Shown: positions 38,201-52,000 of the stretch, piece by piece
Position numbering within the stretch: the first letter of the stretch is position 1
How the letters are laid out: each line of letters opens with the position of its first letter
NCBI GenBank assembly: GCA_964016885.1
Contig: OZ024740.1
Location: forward strand, 316,758,001 to 316,822,000
Direction: 5' to 3'
DNA length: 64,000 nucleotides
DNA from: Eledone cirrhosa
Lineage: Eukaryota
The notes under the pieces: model-generated
Told to the model about the DNA's origin: nothing
Seen by the model: only the letters and a program-made list of their open reading frames with translations
Database searches by the model: none
Program-made: the position numbers and the translations under genes

Positions 38201-41200
38201 TGTAAATACATACACCTGCGGCACAATAATGAGCAATCGGAAAGGGCTACCCCAAGAAATAAAAGTTGCGAAACTAAAAAACAGAGGAGACATTCTCCAA
38301 ATGCAAAAAGAGAACATGTTAGCCACAGTGTTCAAAGACAAACGGCAAATTTTGTTCCTGAGTTCTAACCAACAACCAGGTGTTGGGACTGAGGGTAGAC
38401 CTTTAGTTAACCTCTCCTACAATAAATATATGGGTGGGGTTGACAAATCCGACCAATATTGCGTGTATTACCCAGTTGGACGCCCTGGAAAGAAATGGTG
38501 GAGATACATCTTGTGGTTTTTAGTGAATTTAACCATTGTGAATTCTTATATTGTATTTACTAAAAGCCACAAGGATCCGCCACCACCAAAGGACTACTGC
38601 CACATGAAATTTCGCGTGGACATTGCATCCCAGCTACGTGGGGGATATACTTCTCGCAAACACAAAGCTGGGAAAAAATCAAAATTAGCAGTGGTCCACA
38701 AAGAAAATATTGATTTTCATAAAGTGGAGAGAATTGATGGTAGGAGGAAGGTTTGCCGATTGTGCTCTTTGCAAAAGAGAAAAACTGTTAAAGGTTACGC
38801 AATCCAAACCCTATTTATGTGTTCCTTTTGCAAAGTGCCCTTATGTAAAGGGTGCTTTGGGCAGTATCACGATAGAAATATTGTCTGACAATATTGAAAA
38901 CAATATTTTAAAAATATATTAGCACACATATACAAAAACACCTGCATTCACCTGTGACACACCTGCATCACACCTGTTATATATTGGGAACATTCTGTTA
39001 CGTAATTTTACACCGTACATTGTGTAAGAGTACATTGCCAATATTATTTTGACTGGTGAAAAGGTTTTATACATTTTTTTCAATGAAAATATTTGCCTGG
39101 AATGTAGAGAAAGACTAAAACATTGTACTGATTACACCTGCATTTTTAATTAATTCACCTGTTCGGAAAACTGCTAGAATTGATGGAAATCAGCATCTAG
39201 ATCATTATTGGATTTTTTTGCAATAAATCTAACAGGTAAAGCAGATAAAGTTTAAATTTTTGTGTTTATCCATAAAAGTTATTACTTTTACACCTGTTAA
39301 TTAATTTCACCTGCCCATAAAAGTCAAATTTAACAAAAAAAAATCAGGTAAAAATATATAATTGTAAATTATAGTTATTTAAACGTCTACTGACAAAATT
39401 TCAAGTCTGCACATAGAAAATTAAAGTAATTACAAACAAATAAAATTGATAACCCTCTTGAGTATAATTAAGTGAAAATAATGCGAATAGATGAACATGA
39501 CATTTGACAATTCAATGTGAATGCTAAAGGGTTAAAAGGGGTCATGGTTGGTATATTTCATTAGGACTATGTTATTAAAAGGGGCCATGGTTGGTATATT
39601 TCATTAGGACTATGTTATTAAAAAAGATTATGGTTGGTATATTCCATTAGAAATATGTTGTGACAAGAGGTCATGGTTGGTATATTTCATTAGGACTATG
39701 TTATTAAAAGGGGTCATGGTTGGTATATTTCATCAGAAATATGTTATTAAAAGGGTTTAACAAACCTCAGCCATCTGTTGTTTGCGTTGTTGTTTTGTTG
39801 ATTCAGTATAAGCATTGTGATCTGTTTCAATGATGATAAGGTTGTTGGAATCTTGATGAATGATAAATTTTCTGGGAGTATACTGCAATGGCCATGAAAC
39901 TTGATTAAAGACAGCACCTAGTTTCTCCAAAGCTAAAATCCTAAAAGGAAATAAACAAAACACAGTTCATAAGTTTTTGAATAACATAAATGTGAGCTGT
40001 TACTTCACAGGGAAGAAATAGTTTAGAAAAGCCAATGCTAGCTTTGAGTAAATAGAAATTAGAATATTTGAAGATCAATTAAAAGAAATATGATAAACAA
40101 ATTAATGCCTTTCTTTACTAATTTTCTCAATCATGAATTTAAAATATCTTGTGCAGCCAAGAGAGAAGAATTCAATAATTATTTGAAAAATAATTTGGTT
40201 AAAAAATTTCTAAATTTTATTTAATAAAAAATCAAAATGTAGACAATAATTATTTAATAAAAAATCAAAATGTAGACAAAGGTTAAAAGAGGAGGAAATG
40301 AAAGCTAGGGTATTGGTATAATGGGTGGGGGCTAGCAAGGCTAACTTGTTTTAGTGGGGAAATTGCTTTTAAAAGGCTTGCTGTCATGATGATCTACAGG
40401 ATTGTGTAGGAAAAGATATACTAGAGAAATTTTTCTATTGTTTCTTTTTTTTTTTAGGTAGATCTAAACCTTAAGAATATTGCCCTAAGATTTAGCTCTG
40501 ATTTCTATTAGCAAAGAAAACTATGGCATGTGGGAACCTATGTAAGTGAAATGGAAATCCCCAGCCTGTCTGAGCAGTCAAAAGCTCCGATTAAGTACTG
40601 ATATGGTCACTGATGATCTGTCTAACTCTCGCTAGCAGAGAAAACAGATGTTAAATGATATGATCAACTGATTAAAATAATCTGTATCATGTTTGACTCA
40701 CCTGAGAGTGTTGGTTGAAATAGCTACAATACCTTCTGGACATTGTTCAGAAGCAAAGCCAGAGGCATATTCCAAGGTTTCATAGGAAAGTGGTGTAAGA
40801 TGGAATCGATTTTGGTAAGTGTAACTTAACCAGGACCTGCTGGACATGGCCAAAACCTGAAAGTAACAACAAGTTGAAGAACCATTATTTTCCCTCAAAA
40901 AAGAAAGTAATATTTGAAATGGAAGATGACAGAGGAAGAATATCAACAAATACTTACAGCTTCTGATCCTTGCATTGTGATTCTAAATAGCTTGACAGGA
41001 CGAGAACCCAAATATCTGGTTCTTGTGTCTGATAAATCCCCAGTGACTGTGTCTAACACTGTACGCAGCAATACACCATTCTGAAAAAAAAAAACAATTT
41101 TAGGAAATAATGATTTCTTTACACTGGACACAATGCTAGGTGAAAATGAAAGCTAGGGTGTTGGTGTGATGGGTGCAGATGATAGGGTCAAGGGGCTAGC

Positions 41201-44200
41201 AAGGCTAACCCTTGCTTTAGTGGGGAAATTGCCATAAAAGGCTTGCTGTCATGATCTACAGGATTGTGTAGGAAAAGATGTACTGGAGTAATTTTCTACT
41301 GTTGTTTTTTCTAAATAGATCTAAAACTTAAGAATGTTCCCATAACATTTAGCTGATTTCTATTAGCAAAGAAAACTATGGCATGTGGGGAACTTATGTA
41401 AAGGAGAAGACATTGTTGCTTGAATCAACCCAGTATATGAATTACTAACTTTGGAGAGATGAAAAGTAATATTGAATCATGAAGTTGGAATACTGGACCA
41501 GATAGGTTAGCCATGTATAGGCCATTTAGCCTAATGTTCTATCTATCATAACAAAATAAATATTAGGAAATAGTCTTAAAGCCTTATAATACATCCAGTA
41601 ATGTGCTTATTCAAAGTTGTAATAATGTAGTCCCACAGTAATGTTTTTATCAAAAACAAAGCCATAGTTGCTAGCAGCTCCTTCCTTCTGGAAGACTTCT
41701 TCAACTGAATAAGCAACATGTCAACTTTGCAACAAGGTTATTTATAAATTATAACAGGAAGGAATATATATATATGTACATACTTCTGTCCATTCTCTTC
41801 ATTCACCTGGGATACTTTATCCGATTTTCTCAACTACTGTTATGGCCATTTGCATTGGAACACACATTTCAAATGTGCATCATAACTTAACAGCCAGTTT
41901 CCCTGCTAAAGCAGTGGTAAAGCCTTGTGTGCTCTGCGACAAGCTTCATAGTCATCATGAAGTCTTTTAATTTAACCCTTACAACCCATATGGATACAGT
42001 GTACTTATTCTAAACCAGATACACACAGCAGGAGATATATATACATATATTACAGCATTTTGAATAAAATATTTGATCAAATATTATGAAAATCATTCAA
42101 AAGATTCAGAGTAAAATTAACATTGCTGGAATTATTGATATAACAATGGATGTTACTAAAAGTTCAACAATAAATGTAGTAGTAAATATATGTTCTAACC
42201 TGTAAACCAATATTGAGGAAAAGTCCACCCTGAGATCCACCTTCTCGTGTTTCTTCAATAGATTCTGTATTGCCCATTTCTACAATACACAAAGCCTCAG
42301 GAGGAGCAGGTAAAGCTTGCATACTCAGTGGTGAAAGGCAGTCCTAAAACAAAAATCAATACCATATCAACTTTGACAATAATCAATAAATTGTGAAGAT
42401 TAAACAGTGTGGGTTTATCAATAAGGAAAATAATTATTTCTTCTGATGAAGGAATATGTTCAATAACTGTATAGCAGCTGAATTAACTTCATATTGTATT
42501 ATTGGTATTAATTTTACCACAATAGATGTATATAGATGTATATGAAGGCATATACAATGTTTGTGTAATAAACATATAGATGTCTTATGGCTGTTTTAAG
42601 CTGTGACATGATCACAACTTAAAATGTGTATGGTGAGACTTATGTATGTTTATTATACATAAACATATACATGCCTTCATATACATCTCTATTATGAATC
42701 ACAGTATGTTAATACTACTGATAACTATTATTTTATTATGTGGCCAGAAAAGATGACAGACCAAGTTGATATTCAGAAGATTGAATATTTCCTACCAAAC
42801 ATTATGTAATAAAAAATTTTGTCCAGAAATAGTATGCAATAAAGCATTTTGTCTAGAAATATTGTATAAAAAAACATTGTGTAATAAAGCATATTGTCTA
42901 GAAGTATTATGTAATGAAACATTTAGTCTAGAAATATTATGTAATGAAGCATTTTGTCTCGAAATGTTATATAAATTATTTAATCTAGAAACATTATGTA
43001 ATAAATCATTTAGCCTGGAAGCAGTATGTAATAAAACATTTAGTCTAGATGTTTAGCCTCAACACAATCTCTAACAAGCAGACATCTAGAGACAATCTAT
43101 TTACATTTGACCAACATTAAGCAAAAATTAAAAACATAAAAGATAAAACTAAAACGTTTAATGATCCATTACTATTTTACTAATAATCCATCTGAAATAA
43201 TACAGGAATTTTATCAATAAAATGTGAAATCATCAAAAATTAGACTCTCCCTCCCTCTCTCTTATAAGAAGAAGGTAGATGTAAAAGTCAAACTTATCTT
43301 CAATTCAGTATTCATACTTACCCATATCTATGGTCACAAGTCTTGAGTAATATCCAAAAGAATATGATCGTAGATACAAGCAGCTAAAATGGGGTTCTCC
43401 CAAAGGATTTTTGGAGTAACTTCATAAGATAGGTTGTGTAGTTCAGAGATGAGGGTGCCACTCTAGCTAGACCCACTACTTCTCTTCATTGAGAGATGAC
43501 AGCTGTGGTACTCATGGACATTTTTTCATGTCTAAGAGAAGTAGGGCCGGACAGATTTTACAGACAAAGCCAACTGGCAGGAGACCCAGACATAGACTAC
43601 AAGCAAGATGGTTGAATAAAATCATAAGCTCATTTGGTCTTGCTTGGAGACCCAAGCATACCTCTTGGAGACAATTGCTTCTAATAGGAACCCCTGGAAG
43701 GCGTGCTTGAGGACTCTGCCCCTAAAACCCCTTCATGGAAAAGTGGTGGTCGCAATGATATATATATATATGTGTGTGTTTGTGCGTGCGTGCGTCTGAA
43801 TTAGCTGATATAAAAATTGTGTGTATGTATAAGAAAAACAGGTCTACTTACAGAAGGATCCAGTGAAATAATGCGGACTGTGTTGTCAGCCAAACCAACA
43901 GCAAGGAAACGAGATCTCTGCTCCCCAGATGGGACACGACCAAGACCCATACATACAACATCTGCTGACATTTCTTTTTTCTCTGTATATTCATTCAACT
44001 GACCCGTCTAGCAAAGTAAATAGATAGAGCAACAGGTTAAGTTCATGTTAGAAATGTTGAGAAACTCTGAACAAGCCAGAAAAAAATATGATGAGTGACA
44101 GTGGGTAATGACAATGGTATAATGATAATGGATGTTTGTAAAATAGCCGCAGTTCCAGATATGTGTGTAGTACTCTATGGGCTGCACTTTACACAATGTC

Positions 44201-47200
44201 AGCAACAGACCAAGCTGGAGTATTTTCTAGTCCTAAAGACTTGAAGAGGATGCCTAGCCTTTGGAATACTTTTTTGGGGCTATGTTGATTATATGTGGTT
44301 GACACAAGAGATTATCAAAAGTTACGAGATGTAGCAGTTGTTATCAAATTTGAGGAATTTGGTTGAGTGTGATTATGTGTGGGGGAGATGTAGTGTTGGA
44401 AGACTGTTTCTTTGAAATATGCAGTGATTGTGTCTAGTTAGGGGTTGTTAATGGAGACAGGGCTGTCGTGCCCACAACAAAGGAAAAAGCTAAAGAAAAA
44501 CTTACTGGGTCCATCTCAAAATACACCAATTCTCCTCCAGTCAATGCAATAACAACTTGACGTTGGTTCACGGCACATTTTACTATAGTTTTCTTGCCTG
44601 GTGTCTTCCATTCATTGACACGCTTGTCTGCTCGAATATGACGGATTCCATCTGGATAAATCTAAAATGAGAATCAATAAAATAGCTAAACAACCTGGAG
44701 ATATCAACAGGGGAAGAGGGGATGGGAGGGAATCGATTGATATGATGAAACCATAATTATTTTAAAAAGTAAAAATAAACAATAAGTATCTATGGATAAA
44801 AACATAGTTGATGATAATGATTCATTTATTTACCTGTACAAGTGCATCATCTCCTAATTGGGAACAAGACAAGGTGGGAGTTGTACCAAGAAAACCCGAA
44901 TCTGTGACTTCTTCAACAGTCTCTCCAATAGACAATACCAGGGTAGCATTGACGAAAGACACTATGATATAAGCATCATATTCATCTGAAAAAAATTAAA
45001 GTAAAAGAAAAAACCATTTCATTAAGAGTTAATTATGGAATTGAAACAGAAACGTTTTAAGTTTTTGATAAAACAATTTCATAGCATCATGTGGATAAAG
45101 AAGACAGATAGATTAATGTTTTACACACAGCACAAAAAAACAAAGGATTTCTTATGAGGTGATAGTGAAGATTGAAATCATTTAATGAAATGGAACAGAA
45201 TATAAATTATTAGTGTTTGTGTAATAGTTTACATAAGTATAGGAAAAAAATGTGGGAATAAATATGTCAGTTAATGTATATACATGTATTAATGAACTCA
45301 AGCAGTAAGAGATAATAATGCTTCCTATTATTAAAATACATACATAGTAACTTTTGTAACATAAATAACAGTCATATTATTAAAATCTACTGTTAACTAT
45401 TACTTTCCTCTCTATTTCTTACTCCAATTTATATGAACAAAAAATGTGAGACATTTTAGAGAATATATGTTTATTAATGTATAATAGAAATATAATTGCA
45501 CTAAGTGCCATTTACAGAATGGCTGGAAAATATTATTTTGTTTAACCCTTATGATACCAACTGCCCCTGTTGTTTATCATCATCATCACCACCACCATGT
45601 TTACATCCACTTTTCCATGCTAACAGAGACAGGATGTTTTAAGTCAGTGTTTTACAGTCAGATGTCCTTCCAGATGCCAACCCTTTTAGTCACCTCTTAT
45701 GAAACAGGGATACAGCATACCTATTCTGAAAACTGGGATACACATTGCTATATATTTATCTAAAAATCTTATAATTTTATGTAAGAAGCTTTGCTAAATA
45801 ATGTACTAAATACCAACTCATTAACAAGAAAGTTAGTTAATTATATTTCTAAACCCTTCCAAATCCTAGGCAGGGGATTTCTTAGAAATATAGCAACAAA
45901 AGGGTCAAAGATCATATTAAGGAAGACTGAATAAGCAACATTTAAAAACAATACGAAAAAATGAACCCAGCCCATGCTGTTAAGTGGTTGGCATTAGGAA
46001 AAGCATCCAGCTTAGAAACCAAGCCCAAAACATAGCATATGAGCAAGAGATAGTTATATCATGTCTAGTCCCATAGGAAATTTATCATCAACATCATCAT
46101 CATTGTTTTTAGGTCCGCTTTTCCACACTTGCATGGGTCGGACAAAATGATTTACACCTTCCCAACAGGGAATTGAACCCTGGTCTCCCATGTGACAGGC
46201 AGGGATACTTACCACTAGACTACCAAGGATATACAAAGGGAAAACTTTAGGTAAAGATTGAACTTAGACTCTGTATTCTAATCTACTACTAACAAGCTTT
46301 ATCAATTACTATCAAATCAGTTTGTAAAAATAATGAAGTCCCTGAATCGTAAGTAAAAGATGGCCGTTTAATAGAAACACTGAAATATATAGGAGATACC
46401 AACCTGCCAGCAGCATTACCTGAGACCAATTTCGCCATCTGAAAAGAGAAAGTGTAGGCTTGCTGATGGACACGGCCATTTGCATCACAAGCCTTTTTAG
46501 TTTTTAATTTGTTTCTATTCTTTTCCTTAGTAAAGTTGAATAAACTCTAACCCAAATATACATACCAATGTCAAACAAATAACCATCAAACATTCGAAGG
46601 GTTTATAATTAAGAGGGAACCAGATGAAAAACCTTTCGGCAAAGCTAAATATAAAATAAAGGTACTTGAGTAACAAATATTTTAATGATAAAAATATCAA
46701 ATGTTGAAATCAACATATAAGCTAAAATCTTTGTAAAAGCTGAATAATGTTATATATATTTAACCCCGAGGACTGCTCAGATTCGGCAGAGCTATGATCA
46801 AAGATATTCTGTAATCATCCCGTTGTTTTTTTTTGTTGTATGTGTTCAGGCAGAATGTTTCTATGATTATATTATTCAGTGTATCCTTCTTTTAGTAATA
46901 CATTAGGGTTTAATGAGGGAAATCTGACAACTTTTTCTATATGTAGCAGTTCTGTCATTAACTCATCAATAATGTTGTCATTGCTGGTATTATAATCCCA
47001 ATAACCTTTATCACTTGCTCTCATCCTTAGATTCATCATCACCATCCTCATCGTTTTAACATCTGCTTTCACTGCTAGCAAGGGTTGGACAGGGTCTACA
47101 TAGACCAAGTCAATACTGAAGTGGTGGCTACTGATCTCCGAGACATGTCAGTACTGAAGTAATGGCTACTGATCTCAACAGACATGTCATGTATTTGTAT

Positions 47201-49036
47201 TTGTTCAGAATGTTTAATGTTGGTTTCATTGCACCAACTAGTTTGATAAGAGCAAATACGTTACTTCCTAAAACTTAACCAAGTTCAATGTTCTAGGAAG
47301 AACTTAATTAACAACTTAAACAATCCACAGAATAGATTGTTACCAGTATATTAATTATTATTATTACATATTGTTACTTGTGTATTATTAACATTACTCC
47401 AATTTTAACCTCTATCTATTGTTGACATAACATTTTCCAGTGTCTGTATAAATGTCATATGAGATTGCAAACCAAATACATGAATCAGACTTTATATATT
47501 TGGGGAAACGAATAACATGATACCAATTTTAATCTTAGTGTATTATTAATATTTTAGTACAGGGCAGTGGGTTGGTGAAGTCACTAGAGTGTCAGACAAA
47601 TGTTTTGAAGTATTTGTTTTGGTTCTTTACATTATGAGTTCAAATCCTGCCGAGGTTAACTTTCCCTTTAATCCTTCCAAGGTCAATAAAATAATTACCA
47701 GTCTAGTACTGGGGTCAAATTAGAAGCTATTTACTAGTTGTGTATTACTATTACTCATGTAATCCTTACATTTGCTATTTGTTTCTTGATTTTAATTCCA
47801 TAAATATTAACCCTTTAGTTACCAACCCGACCAAAACCAGCTCTGGTTCTATGATATAAAACCACCCATTTTAAACGTTTCAAATTTAAGTTAAAAACCT
47901 TCCAACATAATTTTATATAAGAACCTTACATCAAATTACTATCTTAGTAATGAAATAATTAATAATATAATTTTAATAAAACCCTCAAAATTCTTCATTA
48001 ATTAATTAAAATAGTATTTCATTAAAATGTGGTCATGAAAGGGTTAAAATACTTTTAACAGAGTTGTTAAATAATGCTATAAAACTATTACCAATTGGAT
48101 TAGCTTTGAGAATATATAAATTATCAATGGTGCTATGAACAAAAAAAGTCTTTAACTACTGCTTTGCTAATTACAGTTGCTTATTTTAATCACACCAGTG
48201 TCCAAAATATACCCATTGATGACATCAACATAAATTATTCAATAGTTGCAATAAGTTGATATTGTACATTTATGCATGCAGAAATTGGAAAGAAAACAAA
48301 ACATAAGATTGAAATAAGAGGCAATGACACTTAGACAAGATACTATTTAAGAAACGAGATACAGATAAATAATTTTACCTTCAATATTCTTTTTAACTGT
48401 CCATACAGCATTTGGATTACCTGGAAGTTCTGAGACAGCCATTTCAGAAACCTAATGGTAAAAGAATCAATAGTTTAATGATAGGAAATGGGAAATGTTC
48501 TTTTTATAATTTAGTGCTGACTGGCAAGAATATCAGATTAGGGCGCAGGGGGTCACTGACTATTGTTTACATTGTAAAACAACCCCTGTAACCAACCATC
48601 AAATCATATTTCTAAGTCTAAGTCTGTCTCAAGCCAGGAGGCTCATTAGAACGGTGCAACAGAGAGTACAAGACTTGCCCCTGGACAGGACACAAATCCA
48701 TCACAGGGTTAAACCCCCAACTATTGCTAGTACTCATTTTCAGCTGAGTATACTGGAGCAACGTGAAATGAAGTGTTTTGCTCAAGAAAACAACACACAG
48801 CCCAGCTCAGGAACCAAACCCACATCATGATCATAAGTCCAACACCTTTACTCCCAAGTCACATGCCTCCACACAACATTGTAACTATATTTTCAATTCA
48901 GCTCTATTGTAACATCTTTATAAAATAATTATTTTCTATAGTTTATATCTGGAAGTATGCATTAAGAGATTTGCAGCTGTGCTGACAATATATTCTTTTA
49001 CCTGTTCCAGTCATTCGGCTGAGGCCATGCTGGGGC

Positions 49037-49082
<46 letters not shown>

Positions 49083-52000
49083 AAGTATTTTCGTAGAAAA
49101 AGTAAAGGAAAGAAAAGTGCTCTATGTATAGTACAGAGCTATTTAATTATATATATGTTTATATATATTTACTGTTTAGTTAAGTGGGGAAGAGTAGTGT
49201 TCATGATTCATGACTCTTTTAAGGACCACTAATACTGGTGAGAGAGGAGGGTGAGGGCAAAAGTTGTTTTCAAATCAAGGGCTTGGCCCAAATACTTGCA
49301 AAAGAGTGAACTTTGTTAAAGTTACTCACAGTCCAAGCACTAGTGATATTAAATCAAGCAATGGATTAAAAAGCAATAGTTTGATTTGAACTTGAATGCA
49401 AAGAGCCAGAGCAAATACCACAAAGCACCTCATCTGAGGTTCTAACAATTGACTTCAATGGGATTTGAAGTCAAAGCACAGCAAGGCAGCATAAGTACAG
49501 CATGGAATGTTACATAGCAGAAAAGAGTTCTATGACAACCCCAAAACAGCTTTAGATAAAAGGAATGAATTACCTCCAAACCGTGCCTTAAGACTCTGAG
49601 AGAGGAACGAGGGCCTCGACCACAAAGTGTATACAACTGAGGAGTGTCTTCATTTGCAAGATCAGCAATCTGAGAGAAAGATAAAAAAACAAACAAAACA
49701 TACATCAAATCAAATATAAAGGTAGAATGGGTAGATAAATGATAGAAAGTGAGAGATAAGACATTTAAATGTCCCTGAACAACACAATATATACATCCTG
49801 TATGCTCTGTAAAGTGGTTGGTGATAGGAAGGACAAATGAACATATGATGATGATGATTAAGAATTAATCTGGTAAAAAGAAAAGACGGACTGCAATAAT
49901 ACTACTTATGGAAAATGGAAATAAAAACAAGATGGTCGAGTTCATATTTACAGAGTGGTGGGTGCAAAGTTTGTTGCATACATTAATTGGGATGGGATGG
50001 AATGGAATTCCACCAGTTTCAACAATGAGTATTTTAGTTGTTCAATCAAGGTGGCAGCCTGCTTATGAAATTAATGTAATTCTTAGTGAGATGGAATGAA
50101 CTTTCTTCAGTTTTTGAGTGCTCAAGTTGTTCGCTCAAGTTGTTCAATCAAGGTAAGAACCTGCTTGTGAAATTAATATGCTTATTTTGTCACCAACATA
50201 CATCTTTCATAATATATAATATACACCCCAATCCACTACTCCTACCCTATCCTCCCACTCCCACCAACACCACCCTCTCTCTGTAAAGTTGGTACCACAA
50301 CATCCAGTCCAAATAAGTGAGATAATGAGATCGAGATCCTGTAGGTGTCACGACAAAAAAATACAGTCCACGCTGTAATATGGCCGTGTAGGTAACATGG
50401 TAAAAAGTTCCCAGTTCCACACTGTAAATGTGGTTGGTGTTAGGAAGGGCATCCAGCCGTAGAAAACCTGCCAGATAGTCCTATATGAGCGACACACGGT
50501 CACCCGACCAGCCTTGCCTCAAATGGGACAACTTCCGTCTAACCCATGCTAGCGTGGAAGCTGGACGTTAAACGAAGATGATGATGATAATATCTATCAC
50601 TGCATTATCTCAGCAACTAGAAGAAAATAAGTGAACCCTGATGATGTGCCTTAATAAAAGTCATAACTAGGCAATCCAAACTTTTGTCCTAGTTGCTGAG
50701 AATCTTGTAGTTTTACTATGGGAAAACAGACATAGAAGGATGATGATATGATATATATATGCGATGGCTGGAGAGAAATGAGGCAAGCATGCTCCGTTGG
50801 ATGTGCAATGTCAATGTGCGTGAACGACTCAGCATGGATGTGTTGAGAGAGAAACTGTGTCTGAGAGAGATAGAATGTAGTGTGCGAGAGAGGAGACTGT
50901 GGTGGTATGGACATGTGATGCGCATGGAGGATGACCAATGGGTGAAGAAGTGCCAGGAAATGCCAGTTGAAGGAAGACGTGTTAGAGGTAGGCAACATGG
51001 GCGGAGGTGGTGAGAACAGACCTCAGATCGCTGAAGCTCACGGTGGAGATGACGAAGGACCGTAACAAGTGGAAAGATGCTGTGCTGAATAAGACCCGTC
51101 CATCCCTTGCAAGCAGGGAAAAAGCAGACGTAAAATGATGATGATGATATCAGGATGGATTCAGTTTGTAACTGGTTAGACCATTAGTCAACAGAGTACT
51201 CAATACTTGGGGTAGTAGAGTATGGCTATATTATATAGTCGGGAACCTGACGGCTGAGCTCTTGCCGTTTCAACAGCTTGGAACTAGCTGTTGAAATACC
51301 AAGAACTCAGGGTGTGTGTAAAGAGAGCTCAGCTCATTCGGTCTAAAAACACATTCAAAATGACACCATGAAAGATCATTTCTTCCACTTTAGCTATACA
51401 TTGTTAATCATTAACTTAAAGTAGTGAAGGGAAATATCTCACCTGACAAGACATAATGGGAGACAAACTATCCATTTCATCAACCATGACAAGATTCTTC
51501 AGAAGACGGGGAGAGAAGAAGAAAGTGTCCCCCTCTTCTAGAGGCATGGCACTGCTGAACTCTGGTTCATCATCATCATCACCAAGATGAGCAATCTGGT
51601 AGAGGAAACTGCAAATGAGAAAACAAGCTTATATCAAACATCATACTATGTGGTTAATTAATAAAATCAATTAAAAAATAATTAGAACAAACATTATGCA
51701 TGTTAATTTTTAATTATTCATTATATACACCAGTGTGTATCTGATTTAGAATAGGTTATACCGTATCCTTGTATATCATAAGATGTGACTAAAAGGGTTA
51801 GTATCAGGAAGTGTATCTGACTGTAAGACACCATTGTGTATCTGGTTCAGAATAGATTTTTTGGTTACATATTCCTTGGCTTATCGAGTATATACGGTAT
51901 GTTTATGTGAGGTTCAATTTATTCCAATATACAGTAGAAATGTTAGTAAAACATTCAATTAAAGAATACTGTAATTGTAAGATCTTCCCCAGTTCCATCT

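Noticed and set aside
36971-39531. SF3B3-piggyBac fusion protein like CSB-PGBD3
   Set aside because: The transposase is antisense to SF3B3 and disabled, so it cannot be spliced into the host ORF.
39532-39760. CRISPR-like regular repeats (also 42795-43052 and 28240-28500)
   Set aside because: These are head-to-tail minisatellites without unique spacers, in a eukaryotic context with no cas genes.
46158-46229. Functional tRNA-Asp gene
   Set aside because: Several stem pairs and the T-loop are altered by CpG decay and it sits beside a SINE remnant, so it is reported as a pseudogene.
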